Origin: Rhodocyclaceae bacterium
GTDB taxonomy: Bacteria; Pseudomonadota; Gammaproteobacteria; Burkholderiales; Ga0077523
DNA: 64,000 nucleotides
Assembly: GCA_020248405.1 (NCBI GenBank)
Contig: JADCHQ010000005.1
Coordinates: 5,708-69,707 of the forward strand
Direction: 5' to 3'
Below, in pieces: positions 1 to 9,478 of the stretch (positions are counted from its first letter, which is position 1; the number at the start of each line of letters is the position of its first letter). A program made the position numbers and the translations under genes. Under the pieces are notes generated by a model. It made no database searches, was not told the origin of the DNA, and saw only the letters and a program-made list of their open reading frames with translations.

Positions 1-78
1 GGCCAGGTTGATGCAGATGAAAGTGCCCACCACCGGCTTCGCATCGCCCAGCGGAACGGGTTGATCGGACTCAAACAT
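1..78 (-). CDS. 5' end of an unidentified CDS running off the window (MFESDQPVPLGDAKPVVGTFICINLA...)
   Basis: The ATG at 78..76 (minus) opens a frame that stays open to position 1. Third positions are mostly G/C. Only 26 codons are visible and no family is recognisable. Confidence 0.25.
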   Translation of the reverse strand, partial: MFESDQPVPLGDAKPVVGTFICINLA

Positions 79-216
79 CGCAAACCACCATGTGCAAGCA
101 CCGCAGGAAACGGACCACAGCCAGGCGCCCAGGGGCGTGCGCAACCCTGCCAGCCGCCCACCAGGGAAGGGAGTCTGCCATGCCGTGCGCAACTCTGCTG
201 CCCGGGACGCACCCCT

Positions 217-945
217 TCACAGCAATTCCACTTCCTGCCCCACGCGCAGACCGAGCATCTTCGCGGCGCTTCCGCCGGGCATGGCCACCTCCACCAGGCC
301 GACGCTGTTGACGTACCAGAAACCCTTGCCGGGCGGCGCCTCGGCAAACACCCGCGCATGACCGAACTCCATGCGCCGGATGCGCAGCCGCCGCTCGGTG
401 GACAGGGCCGAGCCGCGCAACCCCGTGAAGGTATTGCCGTAGTGATCCACGTAGATGATGCGCGGCAGGTCTTCGCCGGGCAGCAGCACCTCGGGGGCAT
501 CCACCTGCCGGACGGTTTCGTTGGGGAATTCCCCGGTGGCCACGGCCGCGGCCACGGGCGCGAACACGTCGCGCCCATGAAAACTGGGGGAGGCATCGTC
601 GGGCCACTTGGCAATGCGCCACGCCACCTTGAGGGTGCCTCGGGCCCAGATCACCGACAGTAGTCCGTTGTCCGGGCCAATGTAGGTACGCCCGTCCACG
701 CGCGCCACGATGCCGCCACGCGCAGTGCCCACGCCCGGGTCCACCATCGTCAGGAACACATGGCCGCGGTGCTGGCGCTGGGCCAGGGCCGCCAGCAGGT
801 GGGCGGAGGAGCACACGTCGAAACACGGCGCCTCGTGCAGCAGGTGAACGATGCGCACGCCCGGGGCATAGCGGTCGAGCACGGCCTCAACCTGCCCCAC
901 GTACAAGTCGGAGGCGCCAAAGTCGGAGAACAGCATCAAGGCCAT
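217..945 (-). CDS. SAM hydrolase / SAM-dependent halogenase family protein (DUF62, S-adenosyl-L-methionine hydroxide adenosyltransferase-like)
   Basis: 242-aa ORF starting at an ATG. The N-terminus FSDFGxxDxYVGQ, then MVDPGVGT, IGPDNGLL and SFHGRDVFAP are typical of the DUF62 chlorinase/fluorinase-like fold. Confidence 0.85.
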   Translation of the reverse strand: MALMLFSDFGASDLYVGQVEAVLDRYAPGVRIVHLLHEAPCFDVCSSAHLLAALAQRQHRGHVFLTMVDPGVGTARGGIVARVDGRTYIGPDNGLLSVIWARGTLKVAWRIAKWPDDASPSFHGRDVFAPVAAAVATGEFPNETVRQVDAPEVLLPGEDLPRIIYVDHYGNTFTGLRGSALSTERRLRIRRMEFGHARVFAEAPPGKGFWYVNSVGLVEVAMPGGSAAKMLGLRVGQEVELL

Positions 946-958
946 GGAGCCACGCGGT

Positions 959-2593
959 TCAGGTGTCGCCGGGCGGCGCGCCCGCCGGATGCGTCTCGGG
1001 CTGTGCAGGCGCTTCGTACCAGCGCTCGGGGGGGACGACCTTGGGCACCGCGGGGTCTTCGTAGTATTGAGGCGACATGATCTGCACGCCGTACTCGTTG
1101 AACACGTCCTGGATGGCCGCGTGCAGCAGGCTCATGGCCTCGGCGCGCAGCCGCGGCGCCCCGGGGCCCGCGTAGGCCACCAGTTTGTACTCCACGTAGA
1201 AGTCCGACAGCGCCGTCTGCACCACGTAGGGGGCCGGCTCGGCAAGGATGCCACGGGTGCGCCGCGCCGCCTCCAGCAGCAGGGCGTGCACCTGCCGCCA
1301 CGGCGTGTCGTAGCCGATGGTGACGGCGGTGTGGAGAATGAAGCCGGGCCCGCCCGCCACGCGCGAGAAGTTGCGCGTGGTGTTGGACAGCACCAGGGCG
1401 TTGGGCAGCACGATCTCCTCGCCCAGGCCGGAGCGCACGCGGGTGGCAAACATGCCCAGCTCGGTGACCGTGCCCTCCGTGTCGCCGATGCGCACGAACT
1501 CGCCCGCGCGCAGGGTACGCGAGTACATGAGGATCAGCCCGCTGGCGGCCTGGCCCACCAAGCCCGAGGCGCCGATGGACACCATCAGCCCCACCAGTAC
1601 CGACAATCCCTTGAAGGCCTCGGAATCGGCCCCGGGAAGGTAGGGATAGGCCATGGCCAGGGCGAACAGCCACACCACCAGCGACACGAGCCGCCGCGTG
1701 GGCCCCGCCGTTTCGGAGTCCAGCCAGCCCAGCCGGATCTCGCCGTCGGCCACCCGGTCGAAAAACGCCCCCAGGGCCGCCACCACCCAGCGGGCGATGA
1801 GCACGATCACCGCCACCATCACCAGGCCAGGCACGGCCCCCACGATGGCGAGCCCGGTTTCCTGCAGCACGCCCAGCAGGTACTCGCGCAGCCGCTCGCC
1901 CCACGGGCGGCTCCATGCAAACCGGCCCAGCACGAACGTGAGCCACACGTAGGTGCCGAACAGGCCCAGCGCCCAAGCCGCCAGCCACACCAGCCTGCGC
2001 GCAGCACCGGTGACGGCGCCGGCATTGAGCGCCGCCACGCCCGACACCTTCAGCCGCTCGGCGTGACGGGCAGCCATCTCGGACAGGCGCACCCCCAGCC
2101 GGCGGTTGACCGTGGCGAGCGCGCGCAGCAGCAACAGCCACACCACGGTGGCGGCCGCGGCCAGGCTGGCGGCGCGCGCCAGGGCCAGTGGGTCGGAGGA
2201 CTCGCGCGCGGCAGCCACAGCATCCTGCAGGCGCTGGCGCGCGGCCTCGGCGGCCACTTCGGGCGCCTCGCCCGCGGCCGCTTCGGCATCGCCGGGCGCA
2301 ATGGCGAACACCGTCTTGCCGTCGATTTCGAGGAATCGTCCCTCGGGCGCCTCGCGCAGGGTCACGCGGCCCGGTCCACCATTCTGCAGCGCGGCCTCGA
2401 TGCGCGCCCGGGCGCCCAGCACGCGATCGGCAGGCCCGTAGCCGAAGGCCGGCGCACGCAGGGTTGCGATCTCGCGGTTGTGGAACACCAGCACGGCGGG
2501 TTCCACCGGGGCGGTGACCGCTCCGGCCCCACAGCAGGACAACAGCGCCAGCACCCCGGCGGCGAACCGCAGGACCGCCCGGCGCGCAACCAT
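959..2593 (-). CDS. mechanosensitive ion channel family protein (MscS-like, long N-terminal periplasmic/TM region)
   Basis: Internal ATG at 2593 gives the signal-like start [23 protein letters not shown]. There are multiple TM helices, then an MscS beta-domain (GEFVRIGDTEGTVTELGMFATRVRS...IVLPNALV). Its ATG overlaps the queF stop (ATGA at 2591-2595). Confidence 0.85.
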   Translation of the reverse strand: MVARRAVLRFAAGVLALLSCCGAGAVTAPVEPAVLVFHNREIATLRAPAFGYGPADRVLGARARIEAALQNGGPGRVTLREAPEGRFLEIDGKTVFAIAPGDAEAAAGEAPEVAAEAARQRLQDAVAAARESSDPLALARAASLAAAATVVWLLLLRALATVNRRLGVRLSEMAARHAERLKVSGVAALNAGAVTGAARRLVWLAAWALGLFGTYVWLTFVLGRFAWSRPWGERLREYLLGVLQETGLAIVGAVPGLVMVAVIVLIARWVVAALGAFFDRVADGEIRLGWLDSETAGPTRRLVSLVVWLFALAMAYPYLPGADSEAFKGLSVLVGLMVSIGASGLVGQAASGLILMYSRTLRAGEFVRIGDTEGTVTELGMFATRVRSGLGEEIVLPNALVLSNTTRNFSRVAGGPGFILHTAVTIGYDTPWRQVHALLLEAARRTRGILAEPAPYVVQTALSDFYVEYKLVAYAGPGAPRLRAEAMSLLHAAIQDVFNEYGVQIMSPQYYEDPAVPKVVPPERWYEAPAQPETHPAGAPPGDT

Positions 2594-3060
2594 CAGCCGC
2601 GCCCCCGGTACGGCGCCACGCCGGGGTCGGGCACCCACACGCCCGCCGGCGGGCGGCCGGTCTGCCAGAAGACGTCGATGGGCATGCCGCCGCGGGGGTA
2701 CCAGTAGCCGCCCAGCCGCAACCAGCGCGGCGCCAGCAGCTTCACCAGGCGCTGGGCAATCTGCACCGCGCAGGCCTCGTGAAACGCACCCACGTTGCGG
2801 AAGCTGCCCAGGTAGAGCTTGAGGGACTTGCTCTCCACCAGCCAGCGCGCGGGGACGTAGTCGATCACCAGGTGGGCGAAGTCGGGCTGCCCCGTCACCG
2901 GACACAGGGAGGTGAACTCCGGTGCCGTGAAGCGCACCACATAGGGATGAGCCGAACCCGGCGCCGCAATGCGCTCGAGCAGGGCATCCTCGGGAGAAAG
3001 CGGAGCGGCCACCACGCTGCCGAGTTGAGAGAGGGTGGTCCGGGTACGACGGGCGGGCAT
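2593..3060 (-). CDS. queF: NADPH-dependent 7-cyano-7-deazaguanine (preQ0) reductase, type I
   Basis: 155 aa from the ATG at 3060. It has the catalytic Cys context [14 protein letters not shown] and the QueF motif ESKSLKLYL. The longer 347-aa ORF upstream is Arg/Pro/Gly-rich and not protein-like. Confidence 0.9.
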   Translation of the reverse strand: MPARRTRTTLSQLGSVVAAPLSPEDALLERIAAPGSAHPYVVRFTAPEFTSLCPVTGQPDFAHLVIDYVPARWLVESKSLKLYLGSFRNVGAFHEACAVQIAQRLVKLLAPRWLRLGGYWYPRGGMPIDVFWQTGRPPAGVWVPDPGVAPYRGRG

Positions 3061-3370
3061 GAAGAGGCTGCGAATGGCGAGACCGGGATTGTGCCTTCGC
3101 CCCGTGCCCCTGTCTCCCCCCTGGAAGCCCCCGGGCTTGCGGCCTTCAGCCCGCCGGAGCCACTGTGCCCTGCGCCACGCGCCCCCAGCCAACACCGGAT
3201 CCAGCCCAAGACCGGCGCGGCAACCCATCCGGCGGCATTGCCGATCGCCCGGAGACCGGTGATCGGCCCGCGGAACAGAATCGGATCGGCATCCAGGGGT
3301 CGACAATCCCCCGACCGCCTCTCCCCAACGCGGATCGGCGATCGCAGATACCAATCCGTTGGATACAATT

Positions 3371-3399
3371 TTGCTTGCACGAATCGTGCTGATTATCAC
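3371..3399 (+). promoter_or_regulatory. candidate sigma70-type promoter for the PEP-CTERM gene (-35 TTGCTT, 17 bp spacer, -10 TATCAC)
   Basis: Hexamers read directly from an AT-richer stretch about 45 bp upstream of the ATG at 3443. There is no experimental support. Confidence 0.3.
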
Positions 3400-3442
3400 A
3401 GCATCCCCCTGATGAAGGGTTTTCCGTAACAAAAGGGGCCGC

Positions 3443-4162
3443 ATGAACGCATTGAAGGCATTTGCTGGCGCGCTGGCATTGACCGCGGGCGTCCATTTGC
3501 CGGCGCAGGGCGCCATCGGCGTGACCGCGAATCCGCTCACACCGTCGGACATTGGCGCGCGCATCCGCTGGGGTGGAAGCGGCTTTGAGGCGGCGCTGTT
3601 CGACAACGATCCGCAGGACTTCAGCACCACGCTCAATCCCGTCGGAACACCAGCGTGGGTTTTGGGTACTCCCTATGCGTTCCAGGTGACGTTCGACGGC
3701 AGCACCGGAGTCCTCGGCCTGAGCGTCGACTTCAACAACGACAGTACCTTCGGCGCCGGCGAGTCCATCTCCAGGAGCGCTTTTAGTTCTCCCGGCCTCG
3801 CGAGCTATCAGGGCTACAGCTTCAGATATCTGCAGATTTCGGGCAACGAGTCAGGAAGTTCCGCCCGGTCAAACCTGTCTGCCCTCAGCATCAACGGGTT
3901 TTCTCAGGCAGACGTTGTCCCCAATGGCAGTCTGCTGGACGTCTACTACGGTGACAGCGGCAATCTGCTCACGCCGATCACCATCGGCGGTACCCTGACA
4001 TTCACGTCGCCCGGCACGTCCTTCGAGCGGCCGTCCTGGAATGTCCGCTTCATCTCGCCAGACCAGATACCCGTGACACCTGTACCCGAACCAGGATCGC
4101 TGCCGCTAGTGGCGCTTGGCCTGCTGGGTCTGGCAGTGGCTTACCGCCGAAAGCGGGCCTGA
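3443..4162 (+). CDS. PEP-CTERM sorting-domain secreted protein
   Basis: Signal peptide [24 protein letters not shown]. The C-terminus is [26 protein letters not shown] (PEP motif, TM helix, basic tail). GC is visibly lower than in the flanks. Confidence 0.85.
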   Translation: MNALKAFAGALALTAGVHLPAQGAIGVTANPLTPSDIGARIRWGGSGFEAALFDNDPQDFSTTLNPVGTPAWVLGTPYAFQVTFDGSTGVLGLSVDFNNDSTFGAGESISRSAFSSPGLASYQGYSFRYLQISGNESGSSARSNLSALSINGFSQADVVPNGSLLDVYYGDSGNLLTPITIGGTLTFTSPGTSFERPSWNVRFISPDQIPVTPVPEPGSLPLVALGLLGLAVAYRRKRA

Positions 4163-4363
4163 GCTGTTTCGCTGTCCGTGCCTCTGGGGAGCGCAACGCC
4201 CGGTTCCTGTATGGCGCGTTCACCAAGCTGACGGGGGCACCTGCCCGATCAGCCGGTGCTGGCGCTGCGACTGCGGCCATGGGCCTTACTTACCGCGACT
4301 CGTGCCGTCGCATGGCCGCGTCTCGTGGCTGCGGAGCGTGCGCAGATTTCCCAAAGTCCACCA

Positions 4364-5680
4364 TCAGCCCGACGAATCCATACACACCCGCGCCACGTGC
4401 CCGCCCGCCACCACCGAGTGGACGGCGCGATCATCGCCGCAGGTCATGAGCACCCTGAGCAGCTCCCCGGCGTCCCGGGCACGCGCGCTGCGCAGGGCGA
4501 GCAGCGGCGTCGCCCGGGGATCGAGCACCACCACATCGGCACCGAGCCCGGCGGCAAGATTGCCTGTGCGCCCAGTCATGTCCAGGGCCCGCGCCGCGCC
4601 GGCGGTGGCCAGCCACAACAGGTACGCGGGCGAGAGCAGCGCGCCGCGCAGCCGCGCCACCTGGTAGGCCGCGCCCATGGTGGCCAGCATGGACAGGGTG
4701 GTGCCCGCCCCCACGTCGCTTGCCAGGCCCACGGCGACACCAGCAGCACGCGCCGCGGCGGCATCGAACAACCCGCTGCCGAGAAACAGGTTGGAGGTGG
4801 GGCAGTGGGCCAGCGCCGCGCCGGCCTCCGCCAGCCGGGCACGCTCGCGGTCAGACAGGTGGATGCCGTGCCCGAACACCGCCCGCCGTCCCAGCAGGCC
4901 GAAGCGATCGAAGGCATCGGTGTAGTCGCGCGCATCCGGGAACAACCGGGCGATGAGCGCCAGCTCGTCGCGGTCTTCGGCCAGGTGGGATTGCAGCCAG
5001 GTGCCGGGATGACGGCGCCACAGGTCGGCAGCCGCCTCGATCTGTGCCGGCGAACTGGTGCCGAGGAAGCGCACGGTCACCGCACAGCCGAAGCGGCCGC
5101 GGCCGTGCCAGCGGCCAATGAGCGCCTCGGTCTCCGCGCAGCCGCCGCGGGCATCGTCGGGGAGGCCCGGCGGGGCGTTGCGGTCCATGAGGCTCTTGCC
5201 GGCGATGAGCTGCAGACCGCTGCCCTGGGCGGCCTCGAACAGTGCATCCGCCGAGTGGGCGTGGACGCTGCCGTACACCGCCGCGGTGGTGGTGCCGTTG
5301 CGCGCCAGTTCGGCGACGAAGTGCCGGGCCAACGCGTGCACCACGGTAGGATCGGCCAGTTCGCGCTCGGCCGGGAAGGTATACCGCTCCAGCCAGGGCA
5401 GCAGGCTGTGGCCCATGGCGCCCATGACACCGAGCTGCGGGTAGTGCACGTGGCAGTCGATCAGGCCTGGCAACACGACACGGTGACCCAGCGGCGTCTC
5501 GGGCACACCCGCCGGCAGCAGCGTGTGCGCCGCCGGTCCGAAGGCCTCGATGCGCCCGTGGCGCACCACCAGCCGGGCGTCGGATTCCCAGCCCAGCGCC
5601 TCGCCGGGGGCCGCGAGGAAGGGATCGCGCCGCAGAAAGGCCGCCTGGCCACGCAGGGCGAAGGGCTCGGGCGTAATCAT
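4364..5680 (-). CDS. guaD: guanine deaminase (amidohydrolase superfamily)
   Basis: Motifs PGLIDCHVHYPQ, SHLAED and HCPTSNLFLGSGLF, with overall guanine deaminase layout. Start taken at the ATG at 5680 (MITPEPF...); an alternative ATG lies at 5695. Confidence 0.85.
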   Translation of the reverse strand: MITPEPFALRGQAAFLRRDPFLAAPGEALGWESDARLVVRHGRIEAFGPAAHTLLPAGVPETPLGHRVVLPGLIDCHVHYPQLGVMGAMGHSLLPWLERYTFPAERELADPTVVHALARHFVAELARNGTTTAAVYGSVHAHSADALFEAAQGSGLQLIAGKSLMDRNAPPGLPDDARGGCAETEALIGRWHGRGRFGCAVTVRFLGTSSPAQIEAAADLWRRHPGTWLQSHLAEDRDELALIARLFPDARDYTDAFDRFGLLGRRAVFGHGIHLSDRERARLAEAGAALAHCPTSNLFLGSGLFDAAAARAAGVAVGLASDVGAGTTLSMLATMGAAYQVARLRGALLSPAYLLWLATAGAARALDMTGRTGNLAAGLGADVVVLDPRATPLLALRSARARDAGELLRVLMTCGDDRAVHSVVAGGHVARVCMDSSG

Positions 5681-5783
5681 GTACACGCCGCGCATCGGGC
5701 AACGCACGGCCACCGGACGGATTACCGGCGGCAGACCCGCCGACCGCCAGGCAAGCGGCTGACTGCGGCCCGGACCACCGCCC

Positions 5784-6413
5784 CTAGGGCTCCAGGGGGT
5801 CGAGGAAACGGCCGCGCATTTCGGCCACGTGCGCAGGCACGGGCCGCCGGGAACGCTGTGCAATCGCCAACTCGGCCTGCACCGACCACGCACCGTGCAC
5901 GCCGGCATCCTCTTGCAGGACCCAGTCGTCGATTTCCTCCATGGGCACGCGCAGCTCGTCCGGCACGGGTCCATCTTGGGCAAGAGGCCGGCTCACCAGG
6001 CGCACGCGCAGCTGATTGCCCTGGACGCCGCCAAGCTCAGCCCAGACGCGCTCCACCTCGCCGTTGTCGGTTTTGAATGCAAGCTTCACCAATACCTTGT
6101 CAGGGTGGCGGGAGTGCAGCGCCAGCATGCGCTCCACCGACTGGCGCGCGCGTGCCCGGGCTTCGAGCAGCAGCGGGTCTTCCGGGTCGACCCACTGTCC
6201 CTCCTCCGGCGTGGCAAAGGCGGCGGCCGCCTCGGAGGCCAGCTGCGGATTGCGCCACATGGCAAGGGCGAGCCCCGCGCTCAGGGCGCTCAGGGCGCCG
6301 AACAGCCAAGCAGGCCATGGGGCCGCAGCGCGCGTGCCGAGCGCTGCGAACAAGGCAAACAGGCCGGCAATCGCCCACATGAGGACAATGCTCTGGCGTG
6401 GGGTGACTCGCAT
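5784..6413 (-). CDS. DUF2314-like protein with two N-terminal TM helices
   Basis: Two hydrophobic helices at the N-terminus. The C-terminal block VLVKLAFKTDNGEVERVWAEL...EIDDWVL resembles the DUF2314 (YegJ-like) pattern recalled from memory. Confidence 0.6.
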   Translation of the reverse strand: MRVTPRQSIVLMWAIAGLFALFAALGTRAAAPWPAWLFGALSALSAGLALAMWRNPQLASEAAAAFATPEEGQWVDPEDPLLLEARARARQSVERMLALHSRHPDKVLVKLAFKTDNGEVERVWAELGGVQGNQLRVRLVSRPLAQDGPVPDELRVPMEEIDDWVLQEDAGVHGAWSVQAELAIAQRSRRPVPAHVAEMRGRFLDPLEP

Positions 6414-6623
6414 GGTGTTCTACTCCCGGGTCGAAAGAAGAAAAGCGCGCCCTGAAACCCCTGCGGCGCCCGAGGGCAGGGCGGGCCCGGAGGGCTCCGT
6501 GAATGCCGCCCGTAAGGCGCTTCGGCGCCAGCACGACCCCGCTCACGCTGGCCGCCTTAGAAGCCCACGTCTCTGCGCCCCGGCATTCCACAGGCCCGCA
6601 CCCTCCTGCCCCGGCGTGCATCC

Positions 6624-7556
6624 TCAATCCGCCGCCTCGCCCCGCTCACGGGCGCGCTTCAGCTCCCGCGGCGCGTAGGACGAAGCGGCGGCTCCCTCGG
6701 TGGCCATGACCTTGAGGTACAGGGCCTCCAGCTCGGGGGCGGCTTGGCGCAGCGCGCGCTCGGCCTGGGGCAGGTGCAGCAGCGCGCGCAGGGCGTGCAG
6801 CCACCGCACCCAGCCGGGCACCCAGATGCGGCTGCGCCGCCGGCCCATGCCCTCGACGATGCGCTGCGCGGCCTGCCGGGGGGTCATGGCGCGGCGCATG
6901 GGCGCCGGCACGGTCTGGCGCAGGCGCACGAACCCGGGGTGCTGCTCGCCGTCCTCCACCAGCGGCGTACGCACCCAGGAGGCGTGGATCACGCCCACGT
7001 CCACGCCATGCGCGGCCAGCTCGATGCGCCAAGCGTTGGCCATGGCCTCCACCGCCGCCTTGGACGCGGCGTACGCCGACATCATGGGCGGGTGGGCGAA
7101 GCTGGCCACCGAGGCGGTGAGGCAGACATAGCCGCGCGCCGCCTTCACCGCCGGAAGCGCGGCGCGCACGGTGTGAAAGCTACCCATCACGTTGACCTCG
7201 ATGCACCGCCGCCAGGCCGCGGGGTCGGTGTAGGCGAGCGGTCCGAAGGCAGCCATGCCGGCGTTGGCCCACACCACGTCCAGCCGCCCGTGCCGCTCCA
7301 GAGCGGCCTGCACCGCAGCCTCGCAAGCGGCAAGCGACGCAATATCGCAGGGGATGGCCAGAGGCCGCGGGCCGCCCTCGCGGGCCAGGGCCTCGGCCTG
7401 GGTCGCGAGGCCGGGTGCATCCTGATCCACGAGCACGGCAGACGCGCCGCGGCGCTGCAGTTCCGCGGCACCCGCCGCGCCAATGCCGGAGGCCGCCCCG
7501 GTGACGAGCACCACCTTGCCGCGCAGATCGCTGATGGCACTGCCCACGCGCTTCAC
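6624..7556 (-). CDS. SDR family oxidoreductase
   Basis: GTG start. It has the Rossmann motif VTGAASGIG, NAG, and the catalytic S...YAASK. A C-terminal extension of about 60 aa follows. Confidence 0.85.
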   Translation of the reverse strand: MKRVGSAISDLRGKVVLVTGAASGIGAAGAAELQRRGASAVLVDQDAPGLATQAEALAREGGPRPLAIPCDIASLAACEAAVQAALERHGRLDVVWANAGMAAFGPLAYTDPAAWRRCIEVNVMGSFHTVRAALPAVKAARGYVCLTASVASFAHPPMMSAYAASKAAVEAMANAWRIELAAHGVDVGVIHASWVRTPLVEDGEQHPGFVRLRQTVPAPMRRAMTPRQAAQRIVEGMGRRRSRIWVPGWVRWLHALRALLHLPQAERALRQAAPELEALYLKVMATEGAAASSYAPRELKRARERGEAAD

Positions 7557-7854
7557 CCGGCCGGTTTCGCGGCCGTGGGGCTCGACGACGGGCGCTCCGG
7601 CATGGGCCGCGCCGCCCGCCCCGGGACAGCCGCGCCAGGCCAGGTACTGAGGCTCGACCCCGACTCGGGGGCGGCGTCAGAGCCGGATAATGCGTTGTTG
7701 ATGAGCGCCATGGGTCGTCGAAGGAAGTTCAGGGTAGCGGCACGCCCGCGTCGAGGCTGGACGCGTGCAACGAGCATAAACGCCGGGGCGCCGTGCGTCA
7801 CGGCCTCCCGGGGCCAGGCGGGCTACCATGACCACGGTCACGGGAGCTGGCGGA

Positions 7855-8912
7855 TGAACAGCGTGCTTCGGGTTCTGGGCGGAGTGCTTCCCCTGCGGCG
7901 CAGCGCTCGCGTTCGCGGCCGCAGGAGCCGCGCGGGGCGACATTCAGCCGCTGTGGATGCTGCCGCTGGCCTTGCTGACCATCTGGGGTGGCGCGACGTG
8001 ACGCAGACCCGCCATGCGGTGCTGCGCAACTACCCGGTGATCGGATAGCTGCGTTTCCTGCTGGAGCTCATCCGGCCCGAGATGCGCCGGTACTTCATCG
8101 AAGGCGACAACGAGGCCGTGCCCTTCTCGCGCCAGCAACGCTCGCTCGCCCAACAGCAGTCCAAGGCGGGGGCCGGCGAGCCCCGCTTCGGCACGCCGCT
8201 GGATGCGCGCGCCGTGGGCCACGAGTGGGTCAATCACGCCTTGGCCCCCGCCCAATTGCCAACGCACGACTTCCGCGTGACCATCGGTGCGGGCGGCATC
8301 TCGTGCACGCAACCCTATGCGGCCAGCGTGTTCAACATCTCGAGCATGAGCTTCGGCGCCCTGTCGGCCAGCGCCATCGTGGCGCTCAATGCCGGGGCCC
8401 GGCGCGGCGCCGCCAGAGTTCACCGACCACGTGGGCGCGCCGCTGCAGGAGGGCTTGCCGCTGGTGCACAACACGCTCGTCGGACTCAACCTGCGCAACC
8501 GCATCCGCCTGGGCTGCGCGGGCAAGGTGATCGGCGCCTTCGCCGTGGCGCTGGGCGCCGATTGGTGCAACTCGGCGCGCGGCTTCATGTTCGCGCTGGG
8601 CTGCATCCAGACCCAGACCTGCCACACGGGCCGGTGTCCGACGAGGGCGAGCGGGTGTACCGCTTTCACCAGAACACACTGCAGGCCCTCAAGGATGGGG
8701 TGCAGGCGGCGGGCCTGCACCACCCCCGCGAGATCACCGCCCAGCACATCGTACGGCGCGCCAGCCAGCACCGCGTCCGGCTGCTGGCCCGCGAGCTGAC
8801 CTTCGTGGCGCCCGGCGCGCTGCTCGAAACCGTGGAAGGCTGCGCCGAGTGGCCCGCAGCGGTGTGCAGCATTCACTGGCCCATGGCGCGTGCCGATTCC
8901 TTCAGGGTGTGA
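7855..8912 (+). pseudogene. decayed FMN-binding glutamate synthase family (GltB domain-2-like) gene
   Basis: Recognisable pieces lie in three frames: PLWMLPLALLTIWG / DVTQTRHAVLRNYPVIG*LRFLLELIRPEMRRYFIEG...CTQPYAASVFNISSMSFGALSA...ALNAGARRG / AAPPEFTDHVGAPLQEGLPLVHNTLVGLNLRNRI...ALGADWCNSARGFMFALGCIQTQTCHTGRCP / DEGERVYRFHQNTLQAL. There is an in-frame TAG at 8046-8048. Frame changes occur near 7985, 8410 and 8640. The TIM-barrel core between ALNAGAR and GAAPPEF is missing. Confidence 0.75.
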
Positions 8913-9019
8913 GCGTTCTCCGGACGAGGACGCGAGGCCTGCCCGCAAGGGCTTCGGCCGGGGTGCCCAGAGCAACCGCCGGCCTGTTCCCCGGCCGGAC
9001 GGCGCTTGCCTTCGGACGA

Positions 9020-9047
9020 GGCTGCTGACACCACGGTGTCAGCAGCC
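9020..9047. repeat. perfect 13-bp-arm palindrome GGCTGCTGACACC-AC-GGTGTCAGCAGCC
   Basis: Read directly from the sequence. It lies about 57 bp upstream of the VOC gene start and about 670 bp upstream of the yafY-type regulator. No U-tract follows it. Confidence 0.6.
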
Positions 9048-9103
9048 CCGGAGCAGGCTCAGCACCTGTGCGCGCTTTGCGCACGCCTTCAAGGACACTT
9101 CCC

Positions 9104-9478
9104 GTGCACGAAAACGATGCCGTCAATTGGTTTGAAATACCTGTCGCAGACCTGCCACGCGCGCGGCGCTTCTACGAGACTGTACTCGCCGTCACCCTCG
9201 AGCCGAGGCACATGGGGCTGATGCAAATGGCGATCTTTCCCTACCGTTCGGCGGGCGTGGGCGGCTGCCTCGTGCTCGCCGAAGGCGCGGTCCCGAGCGG
9301 GTCGGGAACCCTTGTGTACCTCAATGCGGGAAAGGCGCTCGACGCCGCGCTGGCGCGGGTGGCCGGCGCAGGCGGGCGGGTGGCCGTTCCCAAGACCAAG
9401 CTGCCGGACAACATGGGCGCCTTTGCGCACATCGTCGACAGCGAGGGTAACCGCGTCGGGCTGCATGGCGAAGCCTGA
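9104..9478 (+). CDS. VOC (glyoxalase/bleomycin-resistance/dioxygenase) family protein
   Basis: NWFEIPVADLPRARRFYETVL at the N-terminus and AHIVDSEGNRVGLH at the C-terminus are typical of VOC proteins. The GTG at 9104 is preceded by AGGA; the ORF could also start at the GTG at 9068. Confidence 0.8.
   Translation: MHENDAVNWFEIPVADLPRARRFYETVLAVTLEPRHMGLMQMAIFPYRSAGVGGCLVLAEGAVPSGSGTLVYLNAGKALDAALARVAGAGGRVAVPKTKLPDNMGAFAHIVDSEGNRVGLHGEA

Noticed and set aside
944-2707. 587-aa plus-strand ORF, with similar antisense ORFs at 4256..6076, 20810..22615, 38474..40516, 47980..49713, 49311..50711 and 57981..58907
   Set aside because: Each lies opposite a gene with strong motif support: MscS, guanine deaminase, porin, pepN, the islet genes, fbp and the acyl-CoA synthetase. 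None has protein-like composition or a recognisable domain.
3061-3442. Possible preQ1 riboswitch upstream of queF
   Set aside because: I could not find the conserved preQ1-I/II core elements in the minus-strand leader. Also, queF in proteobacteria is not usually riboswitch-controlled. Only an Rfam scan could settle it.
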